From Histomonas meleagridis 2922-C6/04-290x (Eukaryota; Protista; Parabasalia), in assembly GCA_020184695.1 (NCBI GenBank), contig JAANOX010000224.1, positions 310,001 through 374,000 on the forward strand: a stretch of DNA of 64,000 nucleotides. The letters are read 5' to 3'. Under the pieces are notes generated by a model. The model ran no database searches, had not been told where the DNA came from, and was given only the letters and a program-made list of their open reading frames with translations. This document shows positions 30,401 to 41,091 of this stretch, piece by piece (positions within the stretch are counted from its first letter, which is position 1; every line of letters starts with the position of its first letter). Both the position numbers and the translations under genes were made by a program.

Positions 30401-33400
30401 TAAAATCATTTTTAATTTTTGTCTTAAATATAATTTCTAATATCACTGACTTACAAATTATTGAACCATTTCCTTCAGAACGATTTCAATTTCAAGAACT
30501 TTCAGCATTACCAAAGAATGTACAAGATTTAATTGATTATATTAAAAACTTAATAAATGAAGAAACAGATGATGATAAATTACATGAAGAAATGAAGTTT
30601 TTATTAGAAGGAATTAATCATGTAAATTGTTTATTATATTCATATACATGTGCTGAATTTGCACGTGAAATTTATGAAGATGAAGAAGTTGAAGAATATG
30701 CAAAATTAGTCATTAAAAATCCGATTTATTCGAATAACTTAAATAATTGTAAAATATTATCAATAATGTTAAGAGCATTTCCAAAAATTTATGATAAATT
30801 ATATGAAGGAATTGAAGAATTAATTAAAATTCCAGTCTTAAATTATAATACACTTGAAATCAAAGAAAAAGAATCATTAAAAGATATCATTTATCCTTTA
30901 TTAGTATTAAATTCTGATAATATACCAAAATATAAAATAATTTTCCAAGAAATAATTTCATCAAGATCAAAACATATATATTTTATATATTCATTATTTG
31001 AAGAGATTTATCATCAATCACCTAAAAAGATCCAAAAACAAATATTACAAATTCTTTTAGATCAATTAAATAATGATGGAATAATTGAAATGAATAAATG
31101 GGATAATACAATTGAAAATATTAATAATAAAATTGGGAAATGGGTATCTATACAATATTATTGGCCATTATTATATATCATTGATAAAAATAAAGCAACT
31201 GCTACAATCGTATCACAAATATCATTATTAACTAAAGTGAATACATTATTTAATGTTCTTGAATCATTTTATATATTAACAAATCAATTAATTAATAAGG
31301 ATGTAATTAAATATTTATTATCAATTGATCAATTCGAAAATACAATGGATTCAATAATTTTATTTTTTGATAAATGTGGTTTTGCTATTGATGATAAGAA
31401 ATATTCGATAATTACTAATGCTTTAACTTTTGCTACTAAAACAGGTTTTAAATATTTAAAAGAATGTTTATTATCTGATTCTAAAAACTCTGTTATATAT
31501 AAAGCATTAAAAATTTCACCAAAACCTTTAAGGAATAAATTATTTACTAATATAGCATTCATTAAAAGTTCATTAAATTTTAATGATAAACCAAATAAAC
31601 TTCAATTTATTATTACATCAATAGCTATACAATCAAATGATATTATTACAAATCAAAAATTATTTGATTTAGTATATAAAGTAATATTATCTTCATTTGG
31701 TGGTAATGGTTTACAATTACTTTATGTCGATAATTTTATTAATTTCATTATAGAAAATATTCATAAAATACCAAAAGAATATATAATTTCATTAATAATA
31801 GAATTAGTTAAACCTGAATCTTATTTATATATATTTTTATTAGAACAAGTTATTAATGAAATACTTAAAATAGATTCTGATTATACATTAAATGATTTCC
31901 AAGAATTATTAAATCTTGAAAATATTAATTTATCGATTTTTATTGTACAAAAATTAATAATTAAATATTTACAAATGAATTTAAATGAAATACAAAACTT
32001 CATTGATATGATTCAAGATAATCATGAATTATTAATTAACTCAATATTATTATTACAAAACCAACTTAAATATAAAATAATGTCAACAAAAACATATGAA
32101 TTATATGAGAAATGTATAAATGATAAACAACGACATATCGTGTTTGAAATATGGTCTAAATCCGAATATAATGGTGATTTTGATAAAATGTTTACATTAT
32201 TTTTAAAAAGTTTCTCAATATATATATCAAATAATCAAAAGAATGCATGTGAAAATATCCGTTTTCCGAATGATGTATCTATTAATTTAATATGTTTAAA
32301 AATGTTATATAATTGTATTTTAAGTTATCAAAAGACTCAACCAATAGTAGCATCATTATGGAAAATTTTAGCAAATAATATTTCATCAATCTCAAATCCT
32401 TTAACTACAATATGGCCATTACTTTTAAGGCAAACATTAAATTTAAAACCTTTTGCTAAGAAAACTCAAATCGATTATTTAGAACCATTAATTAATGAAT
32501 TAACAATATTTATATGTTCTTCACCACCGCCACCAAATAAAGAACATTATGTTATAATATATTTTGGTCGATTTTTAATGTATTCATTACGAATGGTTTT
32601 AGAACAATTTAATTATGCAGGTAAATGTATTTCATCAATAATTAAATGTGGAATACAATTAACGCGACATTTTGGATCACAAGTACATATTATTCAAATG
32701 ATAACACAAATGTTAAATGAATTATATCAAAAATCATTAACAGCAATAACGAATAATCAAAATAATCAAAATAGTATTGATGGATTTGATTATTTATTAT
32801 CAATAATGCCATCAGTATTAGAAGTCTCTATACAATATGATGATACAATTGAATATAAACAAGTAACAGAATTATTATGTAATGTTATTGATAATATTAA
32901 ATCGAATTCATGGCCTTATGCATTCCAATGTTTATATTGTTTATTAAAGAATAATAAAGGATTTGAAACATTCTTTAATCAAATTAAGTTAATTAATAAT
33001 GATGAAATTACGAATCGATATTTCTCATTAATTTGGATCTTTTGTAAATCAAATGAATTAAGATCAAAGAATTATTTACCTTTTATATTAAGAATAATTA
33101 AATCTGGTAATCATGATATTAATTTAACACAAATATTAATAACAATTGGGTTACAAACTATAATATCATATTCATTTGATTTTACGATACCAATTATAAT
33201 TAATGAATTAGAAACAAATAAAGAATTTTGTTTAATATTTATAAAACATTTTTTGTCAATCGAAAATATATCTGATAATGATGCAATAGCAATATTAAAT
33301 ATATTAAAGAAGTTTTTATTAACGAATGAAATATTACGAACAAAAGAATCAAATAATAAAATTAAAGAACTTTTAATCGAAGAATCAAAAAGTAAAAATC

Positions 33401-35370
33401 AAGTTTTAAAAATATTCGGAAGGAACTTTAATCCAAATGAATTTAATAATTTATCTAATTGGGAATTAAGTTTAACATTACCCGAATTCATTCGTTATGA
33501 TTTTTATGATTCTATTTCAAATGTATCACCATCGAATATATATTTACATCATTCGATGTATGAACATGCATTAAAATATGCTGAAGATAAAAATTCATTT
33601 GATTCGGATTTAATTAATTATCTTTCACTTGATCATAAAGTTTTTCCAAATAATATATTAAATAACTTTTCTGATCTGGATATCATATTAAAAACATGTG
33701 TAAATAATTTACCACTTAAACCTTTAAATGTTTATTCGGAACAATTTGCAAAGTTTTATACACTTTCATCGATTATTAAATGTATTAATTCTAGAAGACA
33801 AAAACCAATTAAAATTAGACCTATTTCATCATTATATCCACCATTTATACATAAATCATTTACAACTATTCGAACTAATTTCTTAAAAATATTCCAACAA
33901 AATTTACAAATACAAAATTTGGAAGAATCTCATATTAAAGCGTATAAGAAATCACTTGAATTTTCATTTTCTCAACCACGCGAAATTATTACATCATTAG
34001 AAGAAACGATTGATAAAATATCAAAAGATTTTATAAGTTATAAAAAGTTATTATTATCATTAAATAATAGTAATAAAGAATGGGAAGAAATTTATGTTAA
34101 TGTGATATATAATGGTTTAAAGTTACGGCCGAATAATGATTTGTTTATGGTGTCATTATATAATATATTTAAAAATAATAATAAAGATATCATTAAGAAA
34201 TTCGAAAAAAATGATTTGTTCCAATTTAATATGTTTTGGAGTTCACAATTCATTTCATTAATAAAAGAAAATCACCAATTAAAATGGTTATTATTATATA
34301 TACATAAATCATTGTTATTAACTTTAATGGAATTAAATGAAAGAGACGAAATTCTTCCATTTAAGAATATCGTTGATATTTATCCATTATATGAAATCAT
34401 TGATGAAATAGTTTCATTAAAATTAGCAAAAATTATTAAAAAAAATTCCGAAATTGAAAATAAATTTTTCGAAAGTTGTATTAATGAAAATAAAATAATT
34501 GACTTAAGCTTGAAAAATTCTAATCAAATTTCATTATTAAAATCAATTTGTATGAAATGTAATTGTATAATACCATTTACTGAAAATGAAACAATTTATC
34601 GAATTGAACCTGTAATTCGAAACTATGAAAATAAAATAATTTTATTAAACATTCAAACGAATACTGGTAAAATAATTAACTTATCTTTAACTCCAAATAT
34701 ACCAATGACAAATAAATTTAATATACTTTGTAAATTTATTAATAGTAGATTAAATAACTTTAATGACACAAGAGAAAGAGGTCAAATAATCGCTGAAATA
34801 CCTTCGATCTCTATAAAAAATGAATTCTTTTTATCAAAATCAAATTTCATGCCGTTTATAAACGGTCGCGTTGACCGTTATATTGATGACATTGAAAAAG
34901 TGGGCAGTTGGCCTATGAAAAAGTTTTACATAAAATGGCATTGTTTGTTTGCAGAAAGATATGCCGCTTTATGTTCTATACAGATATTATTAATGGGACA
35001 AGTGATGAACCCTTTTAAAATGAGTATTGACGTCGATAACGCTTTGATATCAGCAAATGAAATTCGATCATTTGATGAAAAAAGATTTGTTTTGAGATTA
35101 TTCGGTAGAATTTCAAAGTTTATGAATGAAACAATGGTGTTCAGACCTTTTAAAAATGGAATATTGTCTTCGTTCTTATGTTACTCTTTCTATAAAATGG
35201 AAATTTTTCATGTTTTAAGCGATTTGGAAGAAAACACAAATGTCGCTGAACAACAGATACAGAGAATATCAATTGCGGGAAATGAGCTTGAAAACGTAAA
35301 CCAAACTCTCGATGCATTGATAAGAAATTCAATGGAAGTCAAAGAACCGTTTGCGCTTCCATGGTTTTAA
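27454..35370 (+). CDS. TRRAP/Tra1-like PIKK-family pseudokinase scaffold (~2640 aa)
   Basis: Very long helical ORF. The C-terminal PI3K-like region (FAERYAALCSIQILL, LRLFGRISKFM) has no recognisable catalytic motifs, and the protein ends in a FATC-like LPWF. ATG at 27454. Confidence 0.7.
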   Translation: MRPKETKYITPLNITPASIDEQVNLKIARLVSTPINSTSVINEIRNLVFQVPISELEPSTHPLAEKLLDIAIKPGTTGVTSTPEFRQEILSLLVTLNFKFQPNTHIDKLPAFFKFISEGTIEEMSEALSIVRHSFETPETSNQFLLQIARLSVSAGNVRMKWLLTNYTKIDYSTFYPFLSLLTLISFCARTFDQLSEHFSPIFTMMEQFITKELPNDTNYNSILPLLALKARTTHYYTLASDVSSRTKSSMAIFDAIYNLIQHCPHSFQLLQNEISYSFVYFVNQKKEQPWIESLINILPTMMNSFITDPDFYASRQTLVFRLCEIVLQSPKSDLKIVSLIVNFAVDFLFIDKFPLIQRSTKFHKLLIEINNKIKTLPPSIDIFITLFYGINKFFLLIEKSIDKIFDPNNDTTTNFNNVQATILFVQQSFETLFKSLEIASSIHITYEEIKSISNGSIKTQFTQLDSNLIINSYVNSLYIFIRLRNLTNKCNFRYAFQNINSSPNNNMKMCMIHAKFIKYYDRIRCLIQYLFQKFPLILAKCNILLEARIWKNVFIKFFNAKNSMVIDSSFIRTFFLDIPNFIPLLHTLTDFIIQEMKSSVYGTIVFRTAFSIFKKINESTNLTHGEINEINMSKILGYINGILQTFKANIFKVSNVTDTIMFIIELLIFINTFLKQTNQLIKILNSDFTTNIISILSEQQHSSASILIHFIEYLNQNFPKLIENDITIDSLIKSIHNEPIKVLKLLKNIGKRNKPLIYGKKERNSIILETIFNNLSNANEDDKLLLLKFTKKFKLKRCFTPQSNLFITRYSFNNNEVQVPIDQMIYSNVHSLLDSIDDEKLWCSLKSLLLSLFEENESDVLPKYEIIPSETDNLLFIFKCFNYVSALVNKNKKKTLEILYEISNTPKILSYVICTILYTKIDSFDENEMLKFFNRINTKNYFQEFILNSLTIFSNCFLNSYVFQLKIANYLCDFLNSSIFHLKSFLIFVLNIISNITDLQIIEPFPSERFQFQELSALPKNVQDLIDYIKNLINEETDDDKLHEEMKFLLEGINHVNCLLYSYTCAEFAREIYEDEEVEEYAKLVIKNPIYSNNLNNCKILSIMLRAFPKIYDKLYEGIEELIKIPVLNYNTLEIKEKESLKDIIYPLLVLNSDNIPKYKIIFQEIISSRSKHIYFIYSLFEEIYHQSPKKIQKQILQILLDQLNNDGIIEMNKWDNTIENINNKIGKWVSIQYYWPLLYIIDKNKATATIVSQISLLTKVNTLFNVLESFYILTNQLINKDVIKYLLSIDQFENTMDSIILFFDKCGFAIDDKKYSIITNALTFATKTGFKYLKECLLSDSKNSVIYKALKISPKPLRNKLFTNIAFIKSSLNFNDKPNKLQFIITSIAIQSNDIITNQKLFDLVYKVILSSFGGNGLQLLYVDNFINFIIENIHKIPKEYIISLIIELVKPESYLYIFLLEQVINEILKIDSDYTLNDFQELLNLENINLSIFIVQKLIIKYLQMNLNEIQNFIDMIQDNHELLINSILLLQNQLKYKIMSTKTYELYEKCINDKQRHIVFEIWSKSEYNGDFDKMFTLFLKSFSIYISNNQKNACENIRFPNDVSINLICLKMLYNCILSYQKTQPIVASLWKILANNISSISNPLTTIWPLLLRQTLNLKPFAKKTQIDYLEPLINELTIFICSSPPPPNKEHYVIIYFGRFLMYSLRMVLEQFNYAGKCISSIIKCGIQLTRHFGSQVHIIQMITQMLNELYQKSLTAITNNQNNQNSIDGFDYLLSIMPSVLEVSIQYDDTIEYKQVTELLCNVIDNIKSNSWPYAFQCLYCLLKNNKGFETFFNQIKLINNDEITNRYFSLIWIFCKSNELRSKNYLPFILRIIKSGNHDINLTQILITIGLQTIISYSFDFTIPIIINELETNKEFCLIFIKHFLSIENISDNDAIAILNILKKFLLTNEILRTKESNNKIKELLIEESKSKNQVLKIFGRNFNPNEFNNLSNWELSLTLPEFIRYDFYDSISNVSPSNIYLHHSMYEHALKYAEDKNSFDSDLINYLSLDHKVFPNNILNNFSDLDIILKTCVNNLPLKPLNVYSEQFAKFYTLSSIIKCINSRRQKPIKIRPISSLYPPFIHKSFTTIRTNFLKIFQQNLQIQNLEESHIKAYKKSLEFSFSQPREIITSLEETIDKISKDFISYKKLLLSLNNSNKEWEEIYVNVIYNGLKLRPNNDLFMVSLYNIFKNNNKDIIKKFEKNDLFQFNMFWSSQFISLIKENHQLKWLLLYIHKSLLLTLMELNERDEILPFKNIVDIYPLYEIIDEIVSLKLAKIIKKNSEIENKFFESCINENKIIDLSLKNSNQISLLKSICMKCNCIIPFTENETIYRIEPVIRNYENKIILLNIQTNTGKIINLSLTPNIPMTNKFNILCKFINSRLNNFNDTRERGQIIAEIPSISIKNEFFLSKSNFMPFINGRVDRYIDDIEKVGSWPMKKFYIKWHCLFAERYAALCSIQILLMGQVMNPFKMSIDVDNALISANEIRSFDEKRFVLRLFGRISKFMNETMVFRPFKNGILSSFLCYSFYKMEIFHVLSDLEENTNVAEQQIQRISIAGNELENVNQTLDALIRNSMEVKEPFALPWF

Positions 35371-36951
35371 TTTTGTAAATAATCATAATAAATAAATAAT
35401 TTTTGTTTTTAGAAAAAAAAATGAAATTGAAAATTGCACAAAATGCCTCATGTAATGAAAAAGTGGAAATCAGAATTTATGAAATTTTTCCGAATTAAAT
35501 TCAGAATGAATATTATTATATTAGAATCAAATATCGATAGATAGCTATATAATTTACTGTGAAAAAAATAATTATTTAAATGATTACATTTTCATTAAAT
35601 GAGGTATTTCAAGATTTCCCTCTGAACGATTTTTAATTCCAGGCTATATGCTTTTTTACGAACTGATTTAGTAGTATACAGATTTTTATAAGATTTCTTT
35701 TAAAACTTCGTTTGAATTATAATTTTGTGTTATCAATATGATAGATGAATAGAATACAAATAAAAATTATTGATATAATGCAGTTACATAACAAATTCAT
35801 TGAAATGTTATACACAACAAATCTCATGATAAAAATACCATTCAACTCGTATTTTTAAGTTTTACCGATTTTTTTTTTCTTAATTAACAAGTAAATGTTT
35901 ATATGCTTAATATCATTATTGAATTTTTCTTTTTTAAAATCACTCGCAAATCGATCTTCATCAATATTATTTGTTGATGTTCCCATTGTAAATGTATACA
36001 TTATATTCTTTTTAATTATGGTTTTCACCGAAACTTTTTGCATCTTGTTCTTCACGTATTTGTTTTCTATTATGAATTACAATCAAAACTATGATAAGTA
36101 TTGAAATTGATACAATTATGGCAACTTCAAAGCAAACACTTATAATTATGATTGTGCTTTTATTATCACCATCGATATTTTCATTTTGTTATTTTCTTGT
36201 AAAGAAATTACTATAATATATGTAATAAGTTGAATATACAACAACAGTATATTCGTAATAAATAAATTCACTCAAAACATAAATTAATACAGAATTCAAA
36301 TCAGAAACGAAAATGAATTCGAAACAACAAATGAAATTTCATATGACTACGTAAATGCATAGATTTAGTATACATTTGATTTCGTTAATAAATGTAATAA
36401 TTACAACGAGTTATTACCCAAAAATGACATTTAATTAAACAAATTATATTGTACAAAATCATATTTAAATAAGCCAGAAGTAAAAATTACATAATTTTCA
36501 AAAATTTTTATGATTTAATCTTAGTTGCGATAATTCCTGAATTTTCGGTAACTTTTGCTCATGTACTTTAGCTCTTAAAGTTGCCTTTGATATAATTTCC
36601 AAATTTTTCATCTCTACAAAATACTACATCTGCAGAATAGTACTATTAAGAAAAACAATGAAATTTTAGTATAAATTTATAAGCTAATATAAAATAAAAT
36701 GTTGTACTTCTCGTTCTTTATTGTTTGATCTTATTACCATGAACGTACACTCATTTTCATTCAAACGACTTAAGTTACTATAATATATTTTTTTTTTAAT
36801 AATCCTAATGCCATAATTATATGCAAAATTTTAATACATTTAAAGTAAAACTGATACTTATCATTTGATGTTTCAATAAAAATATTTAAAACTCCAGAAA
36901 ATGGTATCAAACATGCGAACAAACTTATTCAACCTTTACTGAAATCACTTC

Positions 36952-39699
36952 TTAATTAGTGTACAGATTTGTATTGAGTGACAGCACAGAGTTTTGATTC
37001 GACTTCTTTCTCCTGTAAATTACAACAGCGACCACTATGACGACAATTACCACCACAGCGCCGACGCAGATTCCGACAATCAGAGCGGTGTTGTTATTTT
37101 TCTTTTCCCAAATGTCTGCGCATTTGTCGTACGCGTTTTCCTTCATTACATCGAAAGTTCCGAACTTTGAATCATTGTAATAATTAAATGTCATTACGTA
37201 TTCCAAAGTTACGTTATTGAACGCATTTTCTTCGATTGCAGGTTGCGATTCACCATAAAAGTAAATGCAGTTCAATTTGTTACAATAAGAAAATGCATCG
37301 CTTTTAATTGTTTTAACATTTTTACCAATTGTTACTGAGTACAAATTATTGCATTTGTAGAACATACAGTTGTTAATTGTTGTGATATTTGATCCAATTG
37401 TTGCGCTGATTAAGTTCGAACATGCGTAAAACAAATTCTTTCCTAAAACTTTCACTGAATTTGGTATTGTAATATCTGTTAATGATCTGCAATATGAAAA
37501 AGCGTTTATTTCGATTGTTTCGACATTTTCGCCAATTGTAATCGAAGTCAAATTATGACACGACTGAAATGCGTTATCATAAATTGTTTTTACTTTATCG
37601 CCAATGACAATTTTAGTTAAATTAGTTAAAGAAAACGCTGATGTACCTATAGATGTAACTGATTTCGGTGTGTTAACTTCTTTTAATGATTGACATGAAT
37701 AAAATGAAAAATCTTCAATTGTTCGAACATTATCTCCAATAATAACTTTCTCTAAAGAAGGACATTCATAAAAGATAAATATTCCAATCGATGTAACTGA
37801 GTTAGGAATTGTAATACTTTTAAGTCCTGCCAAAGAAAATGCGAATTTTTTAATTGTTTTCACATTCTCGCCAATAGTGATTTGAATTAAATTGGAACAT
37901 GAAGAAAACGCGTTTTCGCCAATAGTTGTAACTGAATTTGGTATTACTACGTTAGATAATAATGTACAAGAAGTAAAAGAATAATCATCAATTACTTTAA
38001 CTTTATTACCAAAAGTAATTTGTTCCAAATTCGAACATTCAGCAAATGAATAAATATCAATTGTAACAATTGAATTTGGAATTTGGAATTTTTGGTTTTT
38101 GTTTGAAATTGGGAAACAAATTAATTTTGTTATTTCTTTATTATAAAGTATTCCATCATTTTTATTATTCGAATATTTATTGTTATTTTCGGATACTTTA
38201 ATGGATGTAAGATTTGTGCATAAATAAAAAACTGAAGCGCCAATTGTTTCAACAGAACTTGGAATTGTTATCTCTTTTAATGATGTACATTTACTAAATG
38301 CGGACTCATCAATTGTTTTAACATTTTCTCCAATTGTAATTGTTTCTAGTGAAGAACATAAATTAAATGCATAAACATCAATGACTTGTACTGAGTTTGG
38401 AATGATGACATTTGTTAATGGTAAACATTCATAAAATGCATATTTTCCAATTGTTGTAACATTTTCTCCAATTGTTACTTCCTTTAAGTTATTACAAGAA
38501 TGAAATGCATAATCACCTATTGATATAACTAAGTTCGGAATAATAATTTGAGTAAGTTGAGAACATAATTGAAATGTGTAAATTGAGATTTTGTTTATTT
38601 TATCACTTAATGTAACTGATAATAAATTTGTGCATTCTTGGAAGCAATATTCATCAATTAATGTTACCGAATTTGGTATTATGACATTTGCTAAACTTGC
38701 ACATAATTTAAATCCACGAACACCAATTGTTTCAACATTTTCACCAAATTTAATTTCATTTAATTTGGAACATGATTCAAATGAACTGTTTCCAATTGTT
38801 TTAACTGAATTAGGAATTGTTATTTCTGTTAATAAGTTACATTCATAAAATGAATAATCTAAAATTGTTGTGACTGTATTAGGAATTTCAAATGTTTCAA
38901 GTGATTTCATAGGCGGATATGAAACAATTGTTGTGATGTCTTTGTTATAAAGAATTCCATCATTCGCATTGTTGGAATATTTTGTGTTTTCGGGGGATAC
39001 ATCGATAAATTTAAGGTTTTCATTCGATGAAAATGCGCCAATTCCAATCGATGTTACAGATTTTGGTATTGTTATATTACTTATCAAACAAAATCTAAAT
39101 GCAAAATCATCAATTGTTTGAACACTTTCCCCAATTATGACTGTTTTTAGACTTCGGCATGATTGGAATGAATTTTTTCCAATTGTTGTTACTGAATTTG
39201 GTATTGTAACACTGATTAAACTTAAGCATAAATTAAATGCATAATCACCAATTGATGTGAGTTTGTCATTAAAAGTGATTGTCTCTATCCTGGTGCATCG
39301 ATAAAATGAATAACTACCGATTGTAGTGACAGAATTTGGAAATACAATTTTGCTTATTTTTGCTAAATGAAATGCATAATCACCAATGGTTGAGATACTA
39401 TTTCCAAAAGTAATATTTTCAATGTTATAACACGAATCAAATGCTTTTGAACCAATCGAAACAACAGAATTTCCAATTTTAACAGAAATCAACTCAGTCC
39501 AATCATAGAATGCTGCATCTGGGATTTCTTTTATGCTGTCAGCAATTACGACAGTTTCTGAAACATTCTGATATTTATTTGTAAATTCTGATGGATTAGA
39601 TATAGTAAGTGTTTTTGTTGCATTATCAAAAGTCTGTAATGTATGTGATAAAAGTACTGAAAAAAAGAGAAGAATTAATCCTTTAATGAGATGATTCAT
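36952..39699 (-). CDS. BspA-like leucine-rich-repeat (TpLRR) type I surface protein
   Basis: ATG at 39699 begins a signal peptide. About 30 repeats of the L..I.IP.SV..IG..AF..C type, then a TM helix (LIVGICVGAVVVIVVIVVAVVIY) and a short cytoplasmic tail. Confidence 0.92.
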   Translation of the reverse strand: MNHLIKGLILLFFSVLLSHTLQTFDNATKTLTISNPSEFTNKYQNVSETVVIADSIKEIPDAAFYDWTELISVKIGNSVVSIGSKAFDSCYNIENITFGNSISTIGDYAFHLAKISKIVFPNSVTTIGSYSFYRCTRIETITFNDKLTSIGDYAFNLCLSLISVTIPNSVTTIGKNSFQSCRSLKTVIIGESVQTIDDFAFRFCLISNITIPKSVTSIGIGAFSSNENLKFIDVSPENTKYSNNANDGILYNKDITTIVSYPPMKSLETFEIPNTVTTILDYSFYECNLLTEITIPNSVKTIGNSSFESCSKLNEIKFGENVETIGVRGFKLCASLANVIIPNSVTLIDEYCFQECTNLLSVTLSDKINKISIYTFQLCSQLTQIIIPNLVISIGDYAFHSCNNLKEVTIGENVTTIGKYAFYECLPLTNVIIPNSVQVIDVYAFNLCSSLETITIGENVKTIDESAFSKCTSLKEITIPSSVETIGASVFYLCTNLTSIKVSENNNKYSNNKNDGILYNKEITKLICFPISNKNQKFQIPNSIVTIDIYSFAECSNLEQITFGNKVKVIDDYSFTSCTLLSNVVIPNSVTTIGENAFSSCSNLIQITIGENVKTIKKFAFSLAGLKSITIPNSVTSIGIFIFYECPSLEKVIIGDNVRTIEDFSFYSCQSLKEVNTPKSVTSIGTSAFSLTNLTKIVIGDKVKTIYDNAFQSCHNLTSITIGENVETIEINAFSYCRSLTDITIPNSVKVLGKNLFYACSNLISATIGSNITTINNCMFYKCNNLYSVTIGKNVKTIKSDAFSYCNKLNCIYFYGESQPAIEENAFNNVTLEYVMTFNYYNDSKFGTFDVMKENAYDKCADIWEKKNNNTALIVGICVGAVVVIVVIVVAVVIYRRKKSNQNSVLSLNTNLYTN

Positions 39700-40074
39700 C
39701 AAAAAAATAATTTGACAATCTACAGTTGTTCTTTGTAAACTTTTCAAAATGGCGATTGTTTGAAGTAAATAACCGTAATACCTCACTTTGTCCAACCAGT
39801 TATAAAAGTGACAAATGAAGAAATCAAATTGTTCAATTTGTCGAATATTAGGTTAATATAGATTTTCAATATGTCATAATGATATTATTGACAAAACTTT
39901 ATATTATAAAATACACATAATTTTTTATACACAAATTCTCCTTCTACAACATATTAATTAATTTTTCTAAATATAATTTTAAGTTTATTCATTGTTTTAT
40001 CTAAACATATTTCGTCTTGTTTTCTTCAACCTTATTTTTATACAATGGATTGGACAAATTGATATTCAATTGTG

Positions 40075-40207
40075 GGCGAATTTGCAGTCTGCAATGTCTG
40101 TTTCTCATTCTCTGACAATATTCGGTTTAAAAAAATATAATATAGAACACTCTCACGAATGCAGCATTTTTAACCTTTGCGTCTAGACACATCTGCCAGT
40201 ATTCGCC
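40075..40207. other. GC-richer intergenic island bounded by an imperfect inverted repeat (candidate structured RNA or MITE)
   Basis: GGCGAATTTGCAG at 40075 can pair with CTGCCAGTATTCGCC ending at 40207. Confidence 0.35.
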
Positions 40208-40663
40208 AAGATATTTATTTTTTTTTGTTAGGAGTTTTGAATTGTGGGTAAAGAACGTTTATATAGAACCGTTTAAAATCCGTTATGTTGAATAAGAAAA
40301 CGATTATAATTCATTTAAAATATTCTTCTAATTTCATCACTCCTCTGACAATTCAGTTTAACCCTAAGGATGAATTCAAGCGAAAGCAAGGTTTGCAGGA
40401 ACTAGTGAGTTACCCAAAGTATTTGAAAAAATTTAACAATCAAAAATATAACCTGATGATCCAGAAAAGAGCTAATCGCTTTGTTAATATGATTTTTAGT
40501 TTCAATCGTTTTAATTTTTTGGCTGGCTTTATTTCATATTTATTTTAATTACCATATCTTTGAAAGATAAATTTATCTTATAAAACCAAATTCAAAATAA
40601 AAAAAATAAAAAAGACCACGAATCCCCTGATGTAAGAAAAAAAAGAAGTAAGCTATTTGGTAT

Positions 40664-41056
40664 TTAATTCTTTGCAAGTTGCTCCTTAACAAGTTGTGCA
40701 CGTTTAGCAGCAAGTTTTGCATGCTTGAAGCGTTGGAAATCGTTCATTTGGCTCTTTGCTGCTGCAGCCTTGAGGTTCTTTCCCCATTTTGTTTCTTCAA
40801 ATTTTGCAACTGCATCAGCATCCTTAACAGCAGCAGCAACTACTTCTTTCTTAGCAGCGCGCTCAATCTTGACAACAATGTCTGTGAGTTTAAGGCGCTT
40901 GATTGGGATCATTTGACGTGGTTCGTTAGTTCCAATAACATCAATCATAACACGTTTGTCATCAACGATATCAACAATAACGGCAAGCTTGTCAGCGAGT
41001 GGACCGTAGGAAACAAGTGCAACGCGACCGAATTCAACGAACTGTGTGTAAGGCAT
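40664..41056 (-). CDS. RPL14: 60S ribosomal protein L14
   Basis: FVEFGRVALVSYGP...LAVIVDIVDDKRVMID...MNDFQRFK, with highly biased codon usage. Confidence 0.95.
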   Translation of the reverse strand: MPYTQFVEFGRVALVSYGPLADKLAVIVDIVDDKRVMIDVIGTNEPRQMIPIKRLKLTDIVVKIERAAKKEVVAAAVKDADAVAKFEETKWGKNLKAAAAKSQMNDFQRFKHAKLAAKRAQLVKEQLAKN

Positions 41057-41062
41057 TTATCG

Positions 41063-41091
41063 AAAGGCCAGGCCAAACGGTTATAACGGTT
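41063..41091 (-). promoter_or_regulatory. M5 (CCTTT) plus two M3-like (AACCGTT) core-promoter elements
   Basis: The minus strand reads AACCGTTATAACCGTTTGGCCTGGCCTTTCGATAA-ATG. Confidence 0.7.

Noticed and set aside
35371-36951. Long AT-rich intergenic stretch as a transposon or pseudogene
   Set aside because: I found no terminal repeats, transposase-like or other recognisable coding remnants. The same applies to 14800-15550.
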